This document shows, one piece after another, positions 17,142-25,888 of a stretch of 37,520 nucleotides of DNA. Below the pieces are notes generated by a model, which was given only the letters and a program-made list of their open reading frames with translations, had not been told where the DNA came from and searched no databases. Each line of letters starts with the position of its first letter. Positions within the stretch are counted from its first letter, which is position 1. The stretch comes from an uncultured Lachnospiraceae bacterium (GTDB taxonomy: Bacteria; Bacillota; Clostridia; Oscillospirales; CAG-272): assembly GCA_964579815.1 (NCBI GenBank), contig CAZOHP010000003.1:1-37520 (forward strand), written 5' to 3'. Both the position numbers and the translations under genes were made by a program.

Positions 17142-18557
17142 TTATTTACCGACACAAAAATTTTTGAAGATCTCATTCACCACATCTTCGTTGACCTCGC
17201 GACCGTCAAGTTCTGACAATGCGGACATCGCCGCGCTTAAATCAACACAGCAAAGATCGATCGGCATGCCGTGTTCCAGCGCATCCAGCATACGGTGCAA
17301 CGCCTCAATGGCAGTGACAACGGCCGCCTGCTGCCGCGCATTGGCAATGATGGCGTCATGACGAAGATCCAACGCGCCGTCGACAAACCGCGTATTGATT
17401 TCACGAATAAGTTCCTCCATGCCCTCGCCGGTTTGTGCCGAGATAGGCAAGACGCGTTCCACGGTGCGGTGTACAACGGCCGACACGCGATCTGCCACAG
17501 TCGCATCGCAAACCGCATCTGCTTTGTTGAGCAAAGCAATGATTGGCACGCCACGCGCGGCATAATCGGCAAGGGTATGCAACAGCGCATTCTCGTCATC
17601 CGAGAGCGGTTCGGTAAGATCAAACACGGCCAAAACCAGTTCCGCACATTCCAGCGCGGCGCGAGCGCGATCAATCCCGATCTGCTCCACGCGGTCATCC
17701 GTTTCGCGCAGACCTGCCGTGTCATAGAGCCGCAGCGTCACGTCTCCCAATGTTGCCACGTCGCACAACACATCGCGCGTCGTTCCCTCCACATCGGTCA
17801 CAATCGCCGCGTCGCGCCCCAAAATGCGATTGTAAAGCGAACTTTTTCCCACATTGGTGTGCCCGCAGATGACAGTCGGAATTCCCTCGGCCACTGCATG
17901 CCCCGTGCGATAGGTTGCGGCCAACTCCTTCAGGTCACGCAAAACGGTTTGAACGGTTTCCGTCATCTCATCTCGGCTCATTTCGGCCAGATCTTCGTCG
18001 GGGAAATCAATACAGGCCAGTGCGGAACTCATGACGCGCAATAACTGCTCATAGCAAGCGCGGCTGCGCGCCTCCAATTGACCGCCGAGCCCACCGTAAG
18101 CCAGCGTCATCTGGCGGCGATTTCCCGCTTCCAAGAGCGAACCGAGCGCTTCGGCGGCGCTCAACCCCAATTTGCCGTTCATGTGCGCGCGGCGCGTAAA
18201 TTCTCCGGCTCGCGCGGCGCGGGCACCTGCCGCAAGCAAGGCGCTCAGCACCGTTTGCGTAAGCAAAATACCGCCATGACAGCAAATCTCCACCGTATCC
18301 TCGCCCGTAAACGAAGCAGGAGCGCGAAATACAGTTGCAATCCCGTCATCCACGGGCAACCACGTTCCCTCCTCGGGAGCGTAGATTGTCCCGTAGGTGG
18401 CCGTGCGCGGCTGAATTTGCGCCAGCGACCGACCGTTCTTGGGGCAGAACACACGTGACGCGACCTCAACCGCATCGTTTCCGCTGACGCGCAACAATGC
18501 CACACCGCCCTTTCCGTGCGGTGTACTGATGGCGGCAATGGTATCCAGTAGTTCCAT
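17142..18557 (-). CDS. mnmE: tRNA uridine-5-carboxymethylaminomethyl modification GTPase MnmE
   Basis: N-terminus DTIAAISTP.GKGGVALLRVSG, G-domain GHTNVGKSSL and DTAG, and the C-terminal FCVGK motif. ATG at 18557 follows AAGGAGA. Confidence 0.95.
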   Translation of the reverse strand: MELLDTIAAISTPHGKGGVALLRVSGNDAVEVASRVFCPKNGRSLAQIQPRTATYGTIYAPEEGTWLPVDDGIATVFRAPASFTGEDTVEICCHGGILLTQTVLSALLAAGARAARAGEFTRRAHMNGKLGLSAAEALGSLLEAGNRRQMTLAYGGLGGQLEARSRACYEQLLRVMSSALACIDFPDEDLAEMSRDEMTETVQTVLRDLKELAATYRTGHAVAEGIPTVICGHTNVGKSSLYNRILGRDAAIVTDVEGTTRDVLCDVATLGDVTLRLYDTAGLRETDDRVEQIGIDRARAALECAELVLAVFDLTEPLSDDENALLHTLADYAARGVPIIALLNKADAVCDATVADRVSAVVHRTVERVLPISAQTGEGMEELIREINTRFVDGALDLRHDAIIANARQQAAVVTAIEALHRMLDALEHGMPIDLCCVDLSAAMSALSELDGREVNEDVVNEIFKNFCVGK

Positions 18558-18684
18558 AGCATTCTCCTTATATAGCCGATAGTCGATGATCGATAGTCGA
18601 TTGTCGGGACGTTTCTCCAAAGCACATGACGAATCGCGGGGGAAAAGCTTTTTCAAAAAGTTTTTCCCCCGCCTTTTCTATCCC

Positions 18685-19407
18685 TTAATATAAATCTTCG
18701 CCGAAGTCGCGCAGGATCTCATCCTCCTCAACCTCATGGTGAGGGCGATGAGCGGCCTCGGACTTCTCATCCAGGAAAATGACGACCTTGCGGTTGTCCT
18801 CCGACCCGATTGAGTTGGTCGAAACTCCCTCGATGCCTTGAATTTCCGAGTGGATGATGCGACGCTCATAAGGGTTCATCGGTTCGAGCATCACGCTCTT
18901 TTTGTAGCGCAACACCCGCGACGCCATACGACGTGCCAACGCACGCAGCGTCTCTTCACGTTTGGCGCGATAGTTTTCCACGTCAATGGTAATCTTGACA
19001 TACTCGCGCTTCTCGCCTTCGCTTTTTTTATTGGCGGCGAGATTGGAAAGGTACTGCAAAGCGTCCAGCGTGTCTCCATGGTGACCGATCAGCACGCCGG
19101 CGTGGTCACCGTCGATCGCAATGATCTTATCTCCGTTGGTACCATCACGCACTTCCATGGTCACATCCAACCCCATGTTGCGGGTCAGTTCGGTCAGAAA
19201 TTCCAGTGCCAGTGCGACACCGTTTTTCTGATAGGTCGCCTCAATCACAGCCGGCGTAGCGCCGATGCCGAACAATCCCTTCTTCGGCTCCTCAATGACC
19301 TTGTATTCAATGTCGGACACGCTCGGCGCACCCAATTCGCACACCGCTTTTTCCAGCGCTTCGTCCATCGTTTTTGCCGTAATCGTAACTTGCTTTCTCA
19401 CAATCAT
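18685..19407 (-). CDS. jag: Jag/KhpB RNA-binding protein (Jag_N, KH and R3H domains)
   Basis: It occupies the conserved position between yidC and mnmE. The C-terminus carries the R3H-like motif LEPMNPYERRIIH. Confidence 0.88.
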   Translation of the reverse strand: MIVRKQVTITAKTMDEALEKAVCELGAPSVSDIEYKVIEEPKKGLFGIGATPAVIEATYQKNGVALALEFLTELTRNMGLDVTMEVRDGTNGDKIIAIDGDHAGVLIGHHGDTLDALQYLSNLAANKKSEGEKREYVKITIDVENYRAKREETLRALARRMASRVLRYKKSVMLEPMNPYERRIIHSEIQGIEGVSTNSIGSEDNRKVVIFLDEKSEAAHRPHHEVEEDEILRDFGEDLY

Positions 19408-19441
19408 TCTCCATTCGTCATATCAGAATTTGCGGGGGCGA

Positions 19442-21142
19442 TCATTGACCGTCCTTATTTTTCTTGTTGTTGCGAGGGCGGCTGTCTTCTTTGATCGTCG
19501 CGCCGTCCAGCCGACTCTCGGCCGCAGATTTTGCATCATCGGTCGCCTTTTCTTCGGCCTCTTTTTGTTCTTCCTCTTCTATGCGGGCAACATAGTCGTC
19601 ATCATCCATATGGAAGAGCGACTTGGGCTTACCGCCCACCATCTTGGTGTCGCGCCCGTAAGCATACTGCCCCGCCTCTTGGCGACGCGGCGCCTTGCCG
19701 GCATACTCACGTTCGGCGGCTCGATAGTCTTCCTCGGTAAATTGTGGGTAAGGCATCACGCGGCTGATCACAAAGCGCGAGAGCGTTGAGATGATGCTCT
19801 TGAACATCCAGTAAATACCGATCAAAGCGGGCACAACGAAAGCAATATACACGCTCATCAGCGGCATCGTAATATCCATCATCCAGTTGGAGCAGGCCGC
19901 TTGGCGCTCGTCCACACCGGTCATGTTGGAGGGCTGATAGGTGAATTTTTTGGTCAGTCGCATTGACAGGAAGTAGACCACAAAAGTGAGTACGGGAACG
20001 AGTAGCAAAATCTTGGTCCCGTTAAATGAGGGAATCTCGCCCAAATTGATACCGCCCAGCGTAAAGTTGGGAATAGTCATATTGCTCATGCGCCCGTAGA
20101 CCTCTTCACCGTTTCTCAACAGCATGAAGTCACGGATACCCTCCAGTTGGTCGCCGATGCGTGACAGAATCTCAATCGTCCCCCGTCTTGACTGCGCTAC
20201 AGTTGCACCCAAACCTCCCGCCGCACGCGCGGTGGAGTAGTAAAGGCCGAGAGCCGAGGACATGCCCGAAGCTTGCCCCAGCACATAGTGCAACGGATCG
20301 ACCACGATGTTGTACAAAGCCAAGATGATGGGCATTTGAATGAGCAACGGCAAGCATCCCGAGGCCGCGCTGACATTCTCGCGCTGATACAACTCTTGAA
20401 TTTCCGTCGCAACTTTCTGGCGTGTCACCTGATCATCGCGGCCGGCATACTTTTTGCGAATTGCCATTTCCTTGGGACGCAGTTTGGCCTGCTTGATCGA
20501 ACTTTTCTGTTGTTTGATCGCCAGCGGCAACATCAGCACTTCCACCAAAATGGCAAAGATACAAATACCGATGATATAGTATCCGCCGCCCAAAGTGTTG
20601 GTAATCCAGCCGAGCGCCGCGCCAATCCAGCCGAGCAGTGTATCCCAAAAACCGCCCTTGCCGTCCAGTTCCACATTGGTTTGAATGGAATTGATCATCA
20701 CGCGAACATCAGCGGCATTGATACCGGAATAATCGAAATTGGCGCGATCGTCGACACTGCTGACCAGTTTGGCCTTGTCAAGCAGTTTGACAACAGCCTC
20801 CAAGTTCGGCTCTCCCGCTTCGTCGGGATCAATGATGTTATCATCGAAATTCTCGGCAAGCATGTCGTAACCGCGGTAAGCAGCCACGAGCATTTCGGGG
20901 GTTTTGTAGGTACTATCGACCTTGTCATAGGTCGCGACGAGCATTTCGGCCAAATTTTTGAGCGAAGCACCGTCCATCGAACACTCGGTCTTGTCCAAAT
21001 CGAGGAACGCGTCGGCATCTACCGTCGGAGCCGAAATCGTCACGCTCGACGAACCGCAACCGACCAAACTCGTCAAGAGCAACACGGCCAGCAATGCGAT
21101 GGCGAGAATTTTCCCGCCTTTGATTTTGTTGATTGTTTTCAT
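19442..21142 (-). CDS. yidC: YidC/Oxa1-family membrane protein insertase, unusually long at 566 aa
   Basis: Lipobox LVGC at the N-terminus. The core contains QQKSSIKQAKLRPKEMAIRKKY, SGCLPLLIQMPIILALY and later TM helices. There is a long N-terminal extracytoplasmic segment and a charged C-terminal tail. Confidence 0.9.
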   Translation of the reverse strand: MKTINKIKGGKILAIALLAVLLLTSLVGCGSSSVTISAPTVDADAFLDLDKTECSMDGASLKNLAEMLVATYDKVDSTYKTPEMLVAAYRGYDMLAENFDDNIIDPDEAGEPNLEAVVKLLDKAKLVSSVDDRANFDYSGINAADVRVMINSIQTNVELDGKGGFWDTLLGWIGAALGWITNTLGGGYYIIGICIFAILVEVLMLPLAIKQQKSSIKQAKLRPKEMAIRKKYAGRDDQVTRQKVATEIQELYQRENVSAASGCLPLLIQMPIILALYNIVVDPLHYVLGQASGMSSALGLYYSTARAAGGLGATVAQSRRGTIEILSRIGDQLEGIRDFMLLRNGEEVYGRMSNMTIPNFTLGGINLGEIPSFNGTKILLLVPVLTFVVYFLSMRLTKKFTYQPSNMTGVDERQAACSNWMMDITMPLMSVYIAFVVPALIGIYWMFKSIISTLSRFVISRVMPYPQFTEEDYRAAEREYAGKAPRRQEAGQYAYGRDTKMVGGKPKSLFHMDDDDYVARIEEEEQKEAEEKATDDAKSAAESRLDGATIKEDSRPRNNKKNKDGQ

Positions 21143-21268
21143 GTTTCACCGTTTTGCGGAAGCGCGACACGCGCTCCACGCAAAAACTCCCTTTCGTTGA
21201 ATGTTTGGGAATTTGCACCGCCCATTTTGCGCATTTGTCGCGCGGTGCTGCGACATGTCATCGTTCGT

Positions 21269-21622
21269 TCACTCACCCGAATCATGCGAGTGAGTGCTTT
21301 GTCTGCGCTCGCGTCGCAGAACATAATCTTCGCAGATGAGTTTCGGCTCATCCGCCAAAGACGTGTCATTGATCGTTTTTTTGCTTTTTCTTCGCCGTGC
21401 GGTCCCTCGTTGCGGAACGGGATCATAACCACCGGGGCAAAAGGGATTGCATCGCGCAATGCGGCAAATCGTCAGCCACAAGCCGACGAAAAAGCCTCGC
21501 GTTTGAAAAGCCTCCACGGCATAGGCCGAGCAAGTCGGTTCAAAGCGGCAAGTCGGACGTGATTTCAGCGGAGAGATGCAACGCTGATAAAAGCGGATCA
21601 GCCAAATACACAGCCACTTCAT
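21269..21622 (-). CDS. yidD: Membrane protein insertion efficiency factor YidD with a ~47-aa basic C-terminal extension
   Basis: YQRCISPL...[11 protein letters not shown]...CNPF..GGYDPVP core. The start overlaps the rnpA stop. Confidence 0.88.
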   Translation of the reverse strand: MKWLCIWLIRFYQRCISPLKSRPTCRFEPTCSAYAVEAFQTRGFFVGLWLTICRIARCNPFCPGGYDPVPQRGTARRRKSKKTINDTSLADEPKLICEDYVLRRERRQSTHSHDSGE

Positions 21623-22026
21623 CGTTTCGGCGCGGCTGTGCTTTCACTGTCACCGTTGAACAATTTCAAATGAGCAAAAGCGCGGCGCAACTCGCGTTCA
21701 ACATCCTGCATTTTTTTGCCGCAGATTCCTCCTCTTGCGGCAATGACGACAAGATAGCCTGTTTTCAGTTTTCCCTCGCGCTCAATGGCACGATAGGCCT
21801 CGCGCATAATACGCTTGGCACGCGAGCGCACGCATGCCGAACCGATCTTTTTTGACACGGCAAGGCCGATGCGATTGACGTACACCTTCATTGGGTGCGA
21901 CTTCATCAGGCGCTTGGCCGCGAAATCGCGCAACACATAGACGGCCACCGTCTGACCGACATAGCGGCTGCCCTGTTTGTACGCTTTATTGTAAAGATGG
22001 TGTTCGCGAATGGCGACAAATTTCAT
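21619..22026 (-). CDS. rnpA: Ribonuclease P protein component
   Basis: Basic ~135-aa protein in the conserved position after rpmH, with the motif VSKKIG.A..RSRAKR. The internal ATG at 22026 is preferred over the long ORF starting at 22170. Confidence 0.88.
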   Translation of the reverse strand: MKFVAIREHHLYNKAYKQGSRYVGQTVAVYVLRDFAAKRLMKSHPMKVYVNRIGLAVSKKIGSACVRSRAKRIMREAYRAIEREGKLKTGYLVVIAARGGICGKKMQDVERELRRAFAHLKLFNGDSESTAAPKR

Positions 22027-22204
22027 ATTTGATCTTTGATCCTTTTGCTCTGCCTTGGTTTGCATTGATCGTGTGTCAACTTCCGTCGGGGCGCGTGGGA
22101 CGCGAATGAATACATAGCAAAAAGTCCGATGCCGCAAATACAGTGTAAGACCACGGTGCACTTGAGGCAATCGGAACTTTCATGTGTGCGGGGCACGACC
22201 GATA

Positions 22205-22339
22205 TCAGTAGGTCAGTCTCTTTCTGCCCTTTGCACGTCTTCTCTTGAGAACATTTCTGCCGTCAGCGGTCTTCATTCTCTTGCGGAAGCCATGCTCCTT
22301 TTTTCTCTGACGCTTTTTAGGCTGATAGGTTCTGAGCAT
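22205..22339 (-). CDS. rpmH: 50S ribosomal protein L34
   Basis: Hand translation gives [44 protein letters not shown] (44 aa). GGAGGA RBS. It is absent from the ORF track because it is shorter than 60 aa. Confidence 0.95.
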   Translation of the reverse strand: MLRTYQPKKRQRKKEHGFRKRMKTADGRNVLKRRRAKGRKRLTY

Positions 22340-22415
22340 TTTTGTTTCCTCCTTGTTCGATGATCGGAAGCGGACAGCACAAGGCTGTTTTCGCTTTTAT
22401 ACAATGACAACTTAT

Positions 22416-22444
22416 ATTATATACAAAACTTTCCCCTTTGTCAA
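22416..22444 (-). promoter_or_regulatory. Sigma-70 promoter for the rpmH operon
   Basis: On the minus strand: TTGACA, 17-nt spacer, TATAAT (perfect consensus). Confidence 0.8.
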
Positions 22445-22602
22445 GTTTTTTATAAAAAATTCATTTCTTTTTTCGGTTTTTTCTTGATTTCGGCCCAATC
22501 AAGAAAAGAAAAACAGACAAAATGCCGAGAAAACAAGTCGCGCACCGATCGTTCGGCACCCCGGTCGTTTCAAAAAAGTTACATCTGTTCTCCGACGTTC
22601 TC

Positions 22603-22631
22603 TTGACACTCCGGTGCATCCATGGTACAAT
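22603..22631 (+). promoter_or_regulatory. Sigma-70 promoter for the RNHCP-ruvX unit
   Basis: TTGACA, 17-nt spacer, TGgTACAAT, located 31 nt upstream of the ATG at 22662. Confidence 0.75.
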
Positions 22632-22661
22632 ATAGCATAGGAATACAGCGGAGGGAATACG

Positions 22662-22997
22662 ATGGAACAAAAACGGTTTACCAAAAACGATGCGGGATTT
22701 ATCTGCGCCCATTGCGGTCGACAGGTTGAACCGCTGGGCTACACATCGCGTAACCATTGCCCCTTTTGCCTATGGTCATTGCATGTTGACATTCTTCCCG
22801 GAGACCGCGCCAATCCCTGCGGGGCTCCCATGATGCCCGTCCGTGCCGAACCGGACCGTAAACGCGGTTACATCATCATTCACCGTTGCACCGTATGCGG
22901 CAAAGAATGCCGTAATCGCGCCGCGCACGAGGCCAAGGTTCAACCCGATGACATCTCTCTCATCATCCGCTTAACTGCGGGCGAACAATCTTTCTGA
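22662..22997 (+). CDS. RNHCP domain-containing zinc-ribbon protein
   Basis: The literal RNHCPFCLWSLHVD motif plus CAHCG and CTVCG cysteine pairs. Confidence 0.8.
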   Translation: MEQKRFTKNDAGFICAHCGRQVEPLGYTSRNHCPFCLWSLHVDILPGDRANPCGAPMMPVRAEPDRKRGYIIIHRCTVCGKECRNRAAHEAKVQPDDISLIIRLTAGEQSF

Positions 22998-23014
22998 AAG
23001 GAAGAAAATATCGC

Positions 23015-23476
23015 ATGCTCATCCATGATATCAAACAACTCAAGCAAAACCCGGGCCGTTTGCTCGGCGTTGACTTCGGAGATGTCCGCACGGGTCTGGC
23101 CGTCTCGGATCTCTCCCGCTATCTGGCCTCGGGACTTTGCACCATCGCCCCCGGTAGCATGACCAAAACAGCCGATGCCGTCGCCGCGGCGGCTCGCGAA
23201 CACGGCGTAGCCGGTATTATCGTCGGTCTGCCCGTCAATATGAACGGCAGTGAGGGACCGCGCGCGGAGCACGTCAAATTGTTTGCCGCCATGCTCGACG
23301 AGCGCGTCGGTGAGGTGCCGATTTTGCTGCTTGACGAACGCATGACAACCATGGCCGCCTCTCGCTTTCTCAACGAAACGGGAACGCACGGCAAGAAACG
23401 CAAGCAGGTGATCGACACTCTCAGCGCCCAGATCATTCTGCAAAACGCACTCGACCGTTTACGCTTAAGCATTTAA
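23015..23476 (+). CDS. ruvX: Putative pre-16S rRNA nuclease / Holliday junction resolvase-like YqgF
   Basis: LLGVDFGDVRTGLAVSD, GIIVGLPVNMNGSEG, and DERMTT..A motifs. Confidence 0.9.
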   Translation: MLIHDIKQLKQNPGRLLGVDFGDVRTGLAVSDLSRYLASGLCTIAPGSMTKTADAVAAAAREHGVAGIIVGLPVNMNGSEGPRAEHVKLFAAMLDERVGEVPILLLDERMTTMAASRFLNETGTHGKKRKQVIDTLSAQIILQNALDRLRLSI

Positions 23477-23515
23477 GCATATAAAAATACAACAACCGAG
23501 AAAAGGAGAGAATCC

Positions 23516-24277
23516 ATGGACGCAGAAAACGAAATGCGGGAATATTCCGAAGGACATATAAGCCGCCGACGCAAAATCGTCAGCCGCGTGTTTTCCTATA
23601 TTTTCCGTATCATTGTATTCGGTATCATCGCGCTTGTACTTTGGCGTGTATTTCTTTCGGGGAAAATCCCGCGCACGGCCAAGGGTCTGCTTGTCAACGA
23701 TGCCACCTATAACGCCTACCTTGCCGAGGGGGAAACGCTGACCGTCTACACACAAACGCAGGACAAATTGGCCATTGAAGAGCGCTCGGAGGGCACTCTG
23801 GGGCTGTTTTGGGTATGTGAGACGGCTTTCATTCCCGAAGCCGACCAAATTCAGATCTTGACTCGCTACAACAACAGTACCCTGCGCCACATCGCCACCG
23901 ATTTCAAACTGGAGGAGGACGAAATCCCCTCGCGCGGTGACATCGTGGCCGACGTCACACTGGTCGTGACGACCGATCCGACCCCCGACGACCGCGAGAA
24001 CGGCGACGAATACGAAACGCGCTACCATGCCACCGGTGAACCGTCCTGTGCGCAAACAACTTTGTATAACTACCGCAAATACATCTTTGACGGCATCACG
24101 ATCGACCCCGAAACGACGGTCGACATCACCGCGGAGTTTTATTATATCGAACGGGTGAATTATAACAGCACGCCTTACAGTTTTTTGCGCATTTACGACA
24201 ACGAGACCGAATGCGAATCGGTCAAATTGACCTCGCGCGACAAAAAAGCGCTCGCCGCGTACGGTAAGGCACAGTAA
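23516..24277 (+). CDS. Single-pass membrane protein of unknown function
   Basis: GGAGAG RBS, one N-terminal TM helix (IFRIIVFGIIALVLWRVFL), and an acidic extracytoplasmic domain. I recognise no family motif. Confidence 0.7.
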   Translation: MDAENEMREYSEGHISRRRKIVSRVFSYIFRIIVFGIIALVLWRVFLSGKIPRTAKGLLVNDATYNAYLAEGETLTVYTQTQDKLAIEERSEGTLGLFWVCETAFIPEADQIQILTRYNNSTLRHIATDFKLEEDEIPSRGDIVADVTLVVTTDPTPDDRENGDEYETRYHATGEPSCAQTTLYNYRKYIFDGITIDPETTVDITAEFYYIERVNYNSTPYSFLRIYDNETECESVKLTSRDKKALAAYGKAQ

Positions 24278-24288
24278 AGGAGCGACAC

Positions 24289-24879
24289 ATGAACAACTGC
24301 ACCGTTCTCCCCGAGGGCTACGAGCCGTTTCTCTCGATCGATCTGCAAAAAAACAAACGGCTGATGTTGCTCGTCAACATCATCGGCACGGTCATCGGCA
24401 TTGTCATGCTCGCGCTTGCTCTCCCGTTTGTTCCCATATCCACTCTGTTTGACATGTCAGACGGCCTTGGCGCCTACGCGTTGCGCTTTGGCACAATCAT
24501 CGTCGGCATGATTGCCTATATCGTTTTGCACGAACTTGTGCACGGCATTTTCATGAGGGCGCTGAGCGGCGTCAGACCGCGCTACGGCTTTACGGGCATG
24601 TACGCCTTTGCGGGCAGCGATGCCTATTTCAACAAAAAAAGTTATCTCCTCATCGCGCTCGCGCCCGTTGTCATCTGGGGGGCGGTGCTGGCCGTCATCA
24701 ATGTCCTCGTCCCGACGAATTGGTTCTGGGTGGTTTATCTCATTCAGATGATCAATCTCACGGGCGCGGGCGGCGACCTATATGTCACAGTCAAATTTTC
24801 TCGCTTGCCGCGTGACATCCTCGTGCAGGACACGGGTGTGGCCATGACGGTATTTGTATTTGAAAAAGAAAAAAGGTAG
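24289..24879 (+). CDS. DUF3267-like putative membrane zincin metallopeptidase
   Basis: Polytopic membrane protein with an HELVH motif placed as in the DUF3267 family. Confidence 0.7.
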   Translation: MNNCTVLPEGYEPFLSIDLQKNKRLMLLVNIIGTVIGIVMLALALPFVPISTLFDMSDGLGAYALRFGTIIVGMIAYIVLHELVHGIFMRALSGVRPRYGFTGMYAFAGSDAYFNKKSYLLIALAPVVIWGAVLAVINVLVPTNWFWVVYLIQMINLTGAGGDLYVTVKFSRLPRDILVQDTGVAMTVFVFEKEKR

Positions 24880-24896
24880 CCCACCGGCTACCTTTT
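24871..24896. terminator. Bidirectional terminator between the DUF3267 gene and the transketolase subunit gene
   Basis: AAAAGGTAGCC-CACC-GGCTACCTTTT perfect stem, with T-rich sequence downstream and an A-run upstream. Confidence 0.8.
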
Positions 24897-24919
24897 CTCT
24901 TTTCTTTTTCAATAAACGT

Positions 24920-25756
24920 TCAACGTTCATCGTTCAACTGCGCGCGCAACTCTTCCATTCCCTGCTCGTATTGAGCATCCTTGGGAGCGGCGCCGTGCCA
25001 TTCCACACGATTTTCCATAAAGGAAACACCCTTGCCCTTAATCGTTTTGGCAATGATGGCGGTGGGTTTGCCCTTCACGGATTTCGCCTCGGCAAAAGCA
25101 GCGGAAAGTTGGGCGAAATCATGCCCGTCAATTGAAATCGTATGCCAACCGAACGCTTCGAATTTTTCCGGATACGGCGTAGGATTGAGCACTTTTTCAA
25201 CCTCACCGTCGATCTGCAGGCCGTTCCAGTCCACTACGATGCACAGGTTATCCAAGTGCCTGTGGGCGGCAAACATAACCGCCTCCCAGATTTGCCCCTC
25301 CTGGCTCTCGCCGTCGCCGACGACGGCATACGTGCGATAATTTTTGTTTGTCAGTTTGGCGGCCATGGCCATGCCGCACGCGGCCGAGAGACCTTGCCCC
25401 AGCGAGCCGGTCGTCATATCCACACCGGGGAGATGCCCCAAACTCGGGTGTCCTTGCAAATGCGAGTCAACGCGACGCAGTGTTGTCAAATCTTCACGCG
25501 GGAAGAACCCGCGGGCGGCCAGTGCGGCGTACAGCGCCGGTGCGGCATGCCCTTTGGACAGTACAAATCTGTCGCGATCGGCGTCCTGTGGTTTTGCGGG
25601 GTCGACGTTCATTTCGGCAAAATAAAGATAGGTGATAATCTCGGCTATGGACAGTGAGCCGCCCGGGTGACCCGAGGCCGCGCTGTGCGTCTGTGTAAGG
25701 ATATCCATGCGAATGGTAGTCGCGATGTTTTTCAGTTGTTTTTCATTGAATGCCAT
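24920..25756 (-). CDS. Transketolase, N-terminal (thiamine-diphosphate-binding) subunit only
   Basis: SGHPGGSLS, SKGHAAPALYA and GDGESQEGQIWEA motifs in a 278-aa protein. ATG at 25756 follows AAGGAGG. Confidence 0.88.
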   Translation of the reverse strand: MAFNEKQLKNIATTIRMDILTQTHSAASGHPGGSLSIAEIITYLYFAEMNVDPAKPQDADRDRFVLSKGHAAPALYAALAARGFFPREDLTTLRRVDSHLQGHPSLGHLPGVDMTTGSLGQGLSAACGMAMAAKLTNKNYRTYAVVGDGESQEGQIWEAVMFAAHRHLDNLCIVVDWNGLQIDGEVEKVLNPTPYPEKFEAFGWHTISIDGHDFAQLSAAFAEAKSVKGKPTAIIAKTIKGKGVSFMENRVEWHGAAPKDAQYEQGMEELRAQLNDER

Positions 25757-25793
25757 AACTGCCTCCTTGGCAAGTTTTATTCTTCCTCGTTTA

Positions 25794-25822
25794 ATTATAC
25801 TCTGCCGCGACCGAAAAGTCAA
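25794..25822 (-). promoter_or_regulatory. Sigma-70 promoter for the transketolase N-subunit gene
   Basis: On the minus strand: TTGACT, 17-nt spacer, TATAAT. Confidence 0.75.
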
Positions 25823-25888
25823 GAGCGAACATGCGACTTTTGCATACTTTGGGCCAAAAAAGACACCGATGCGATCAAAAGTCGCTTT

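Noticed and set aside
22027-22204. An unusually long 178-nt rpmH-rnpA spacer containing a TTGACA, considered as an internal promoter or small RNA.
   Set aside because: No acceptable -10 lies at 16-18 nt from the TTGACA, and I saw only weak 4-bp stems. The evidence is insufficient.
22340-22661. Possible oriC or DnaA-box cluster upstream of rpmH.
   Set aside because: I read both strands and found no TTATCCACA/TGTGGATAA-like 9-mers. Two divergent promoters and one hairpin explain the AT-rich character.
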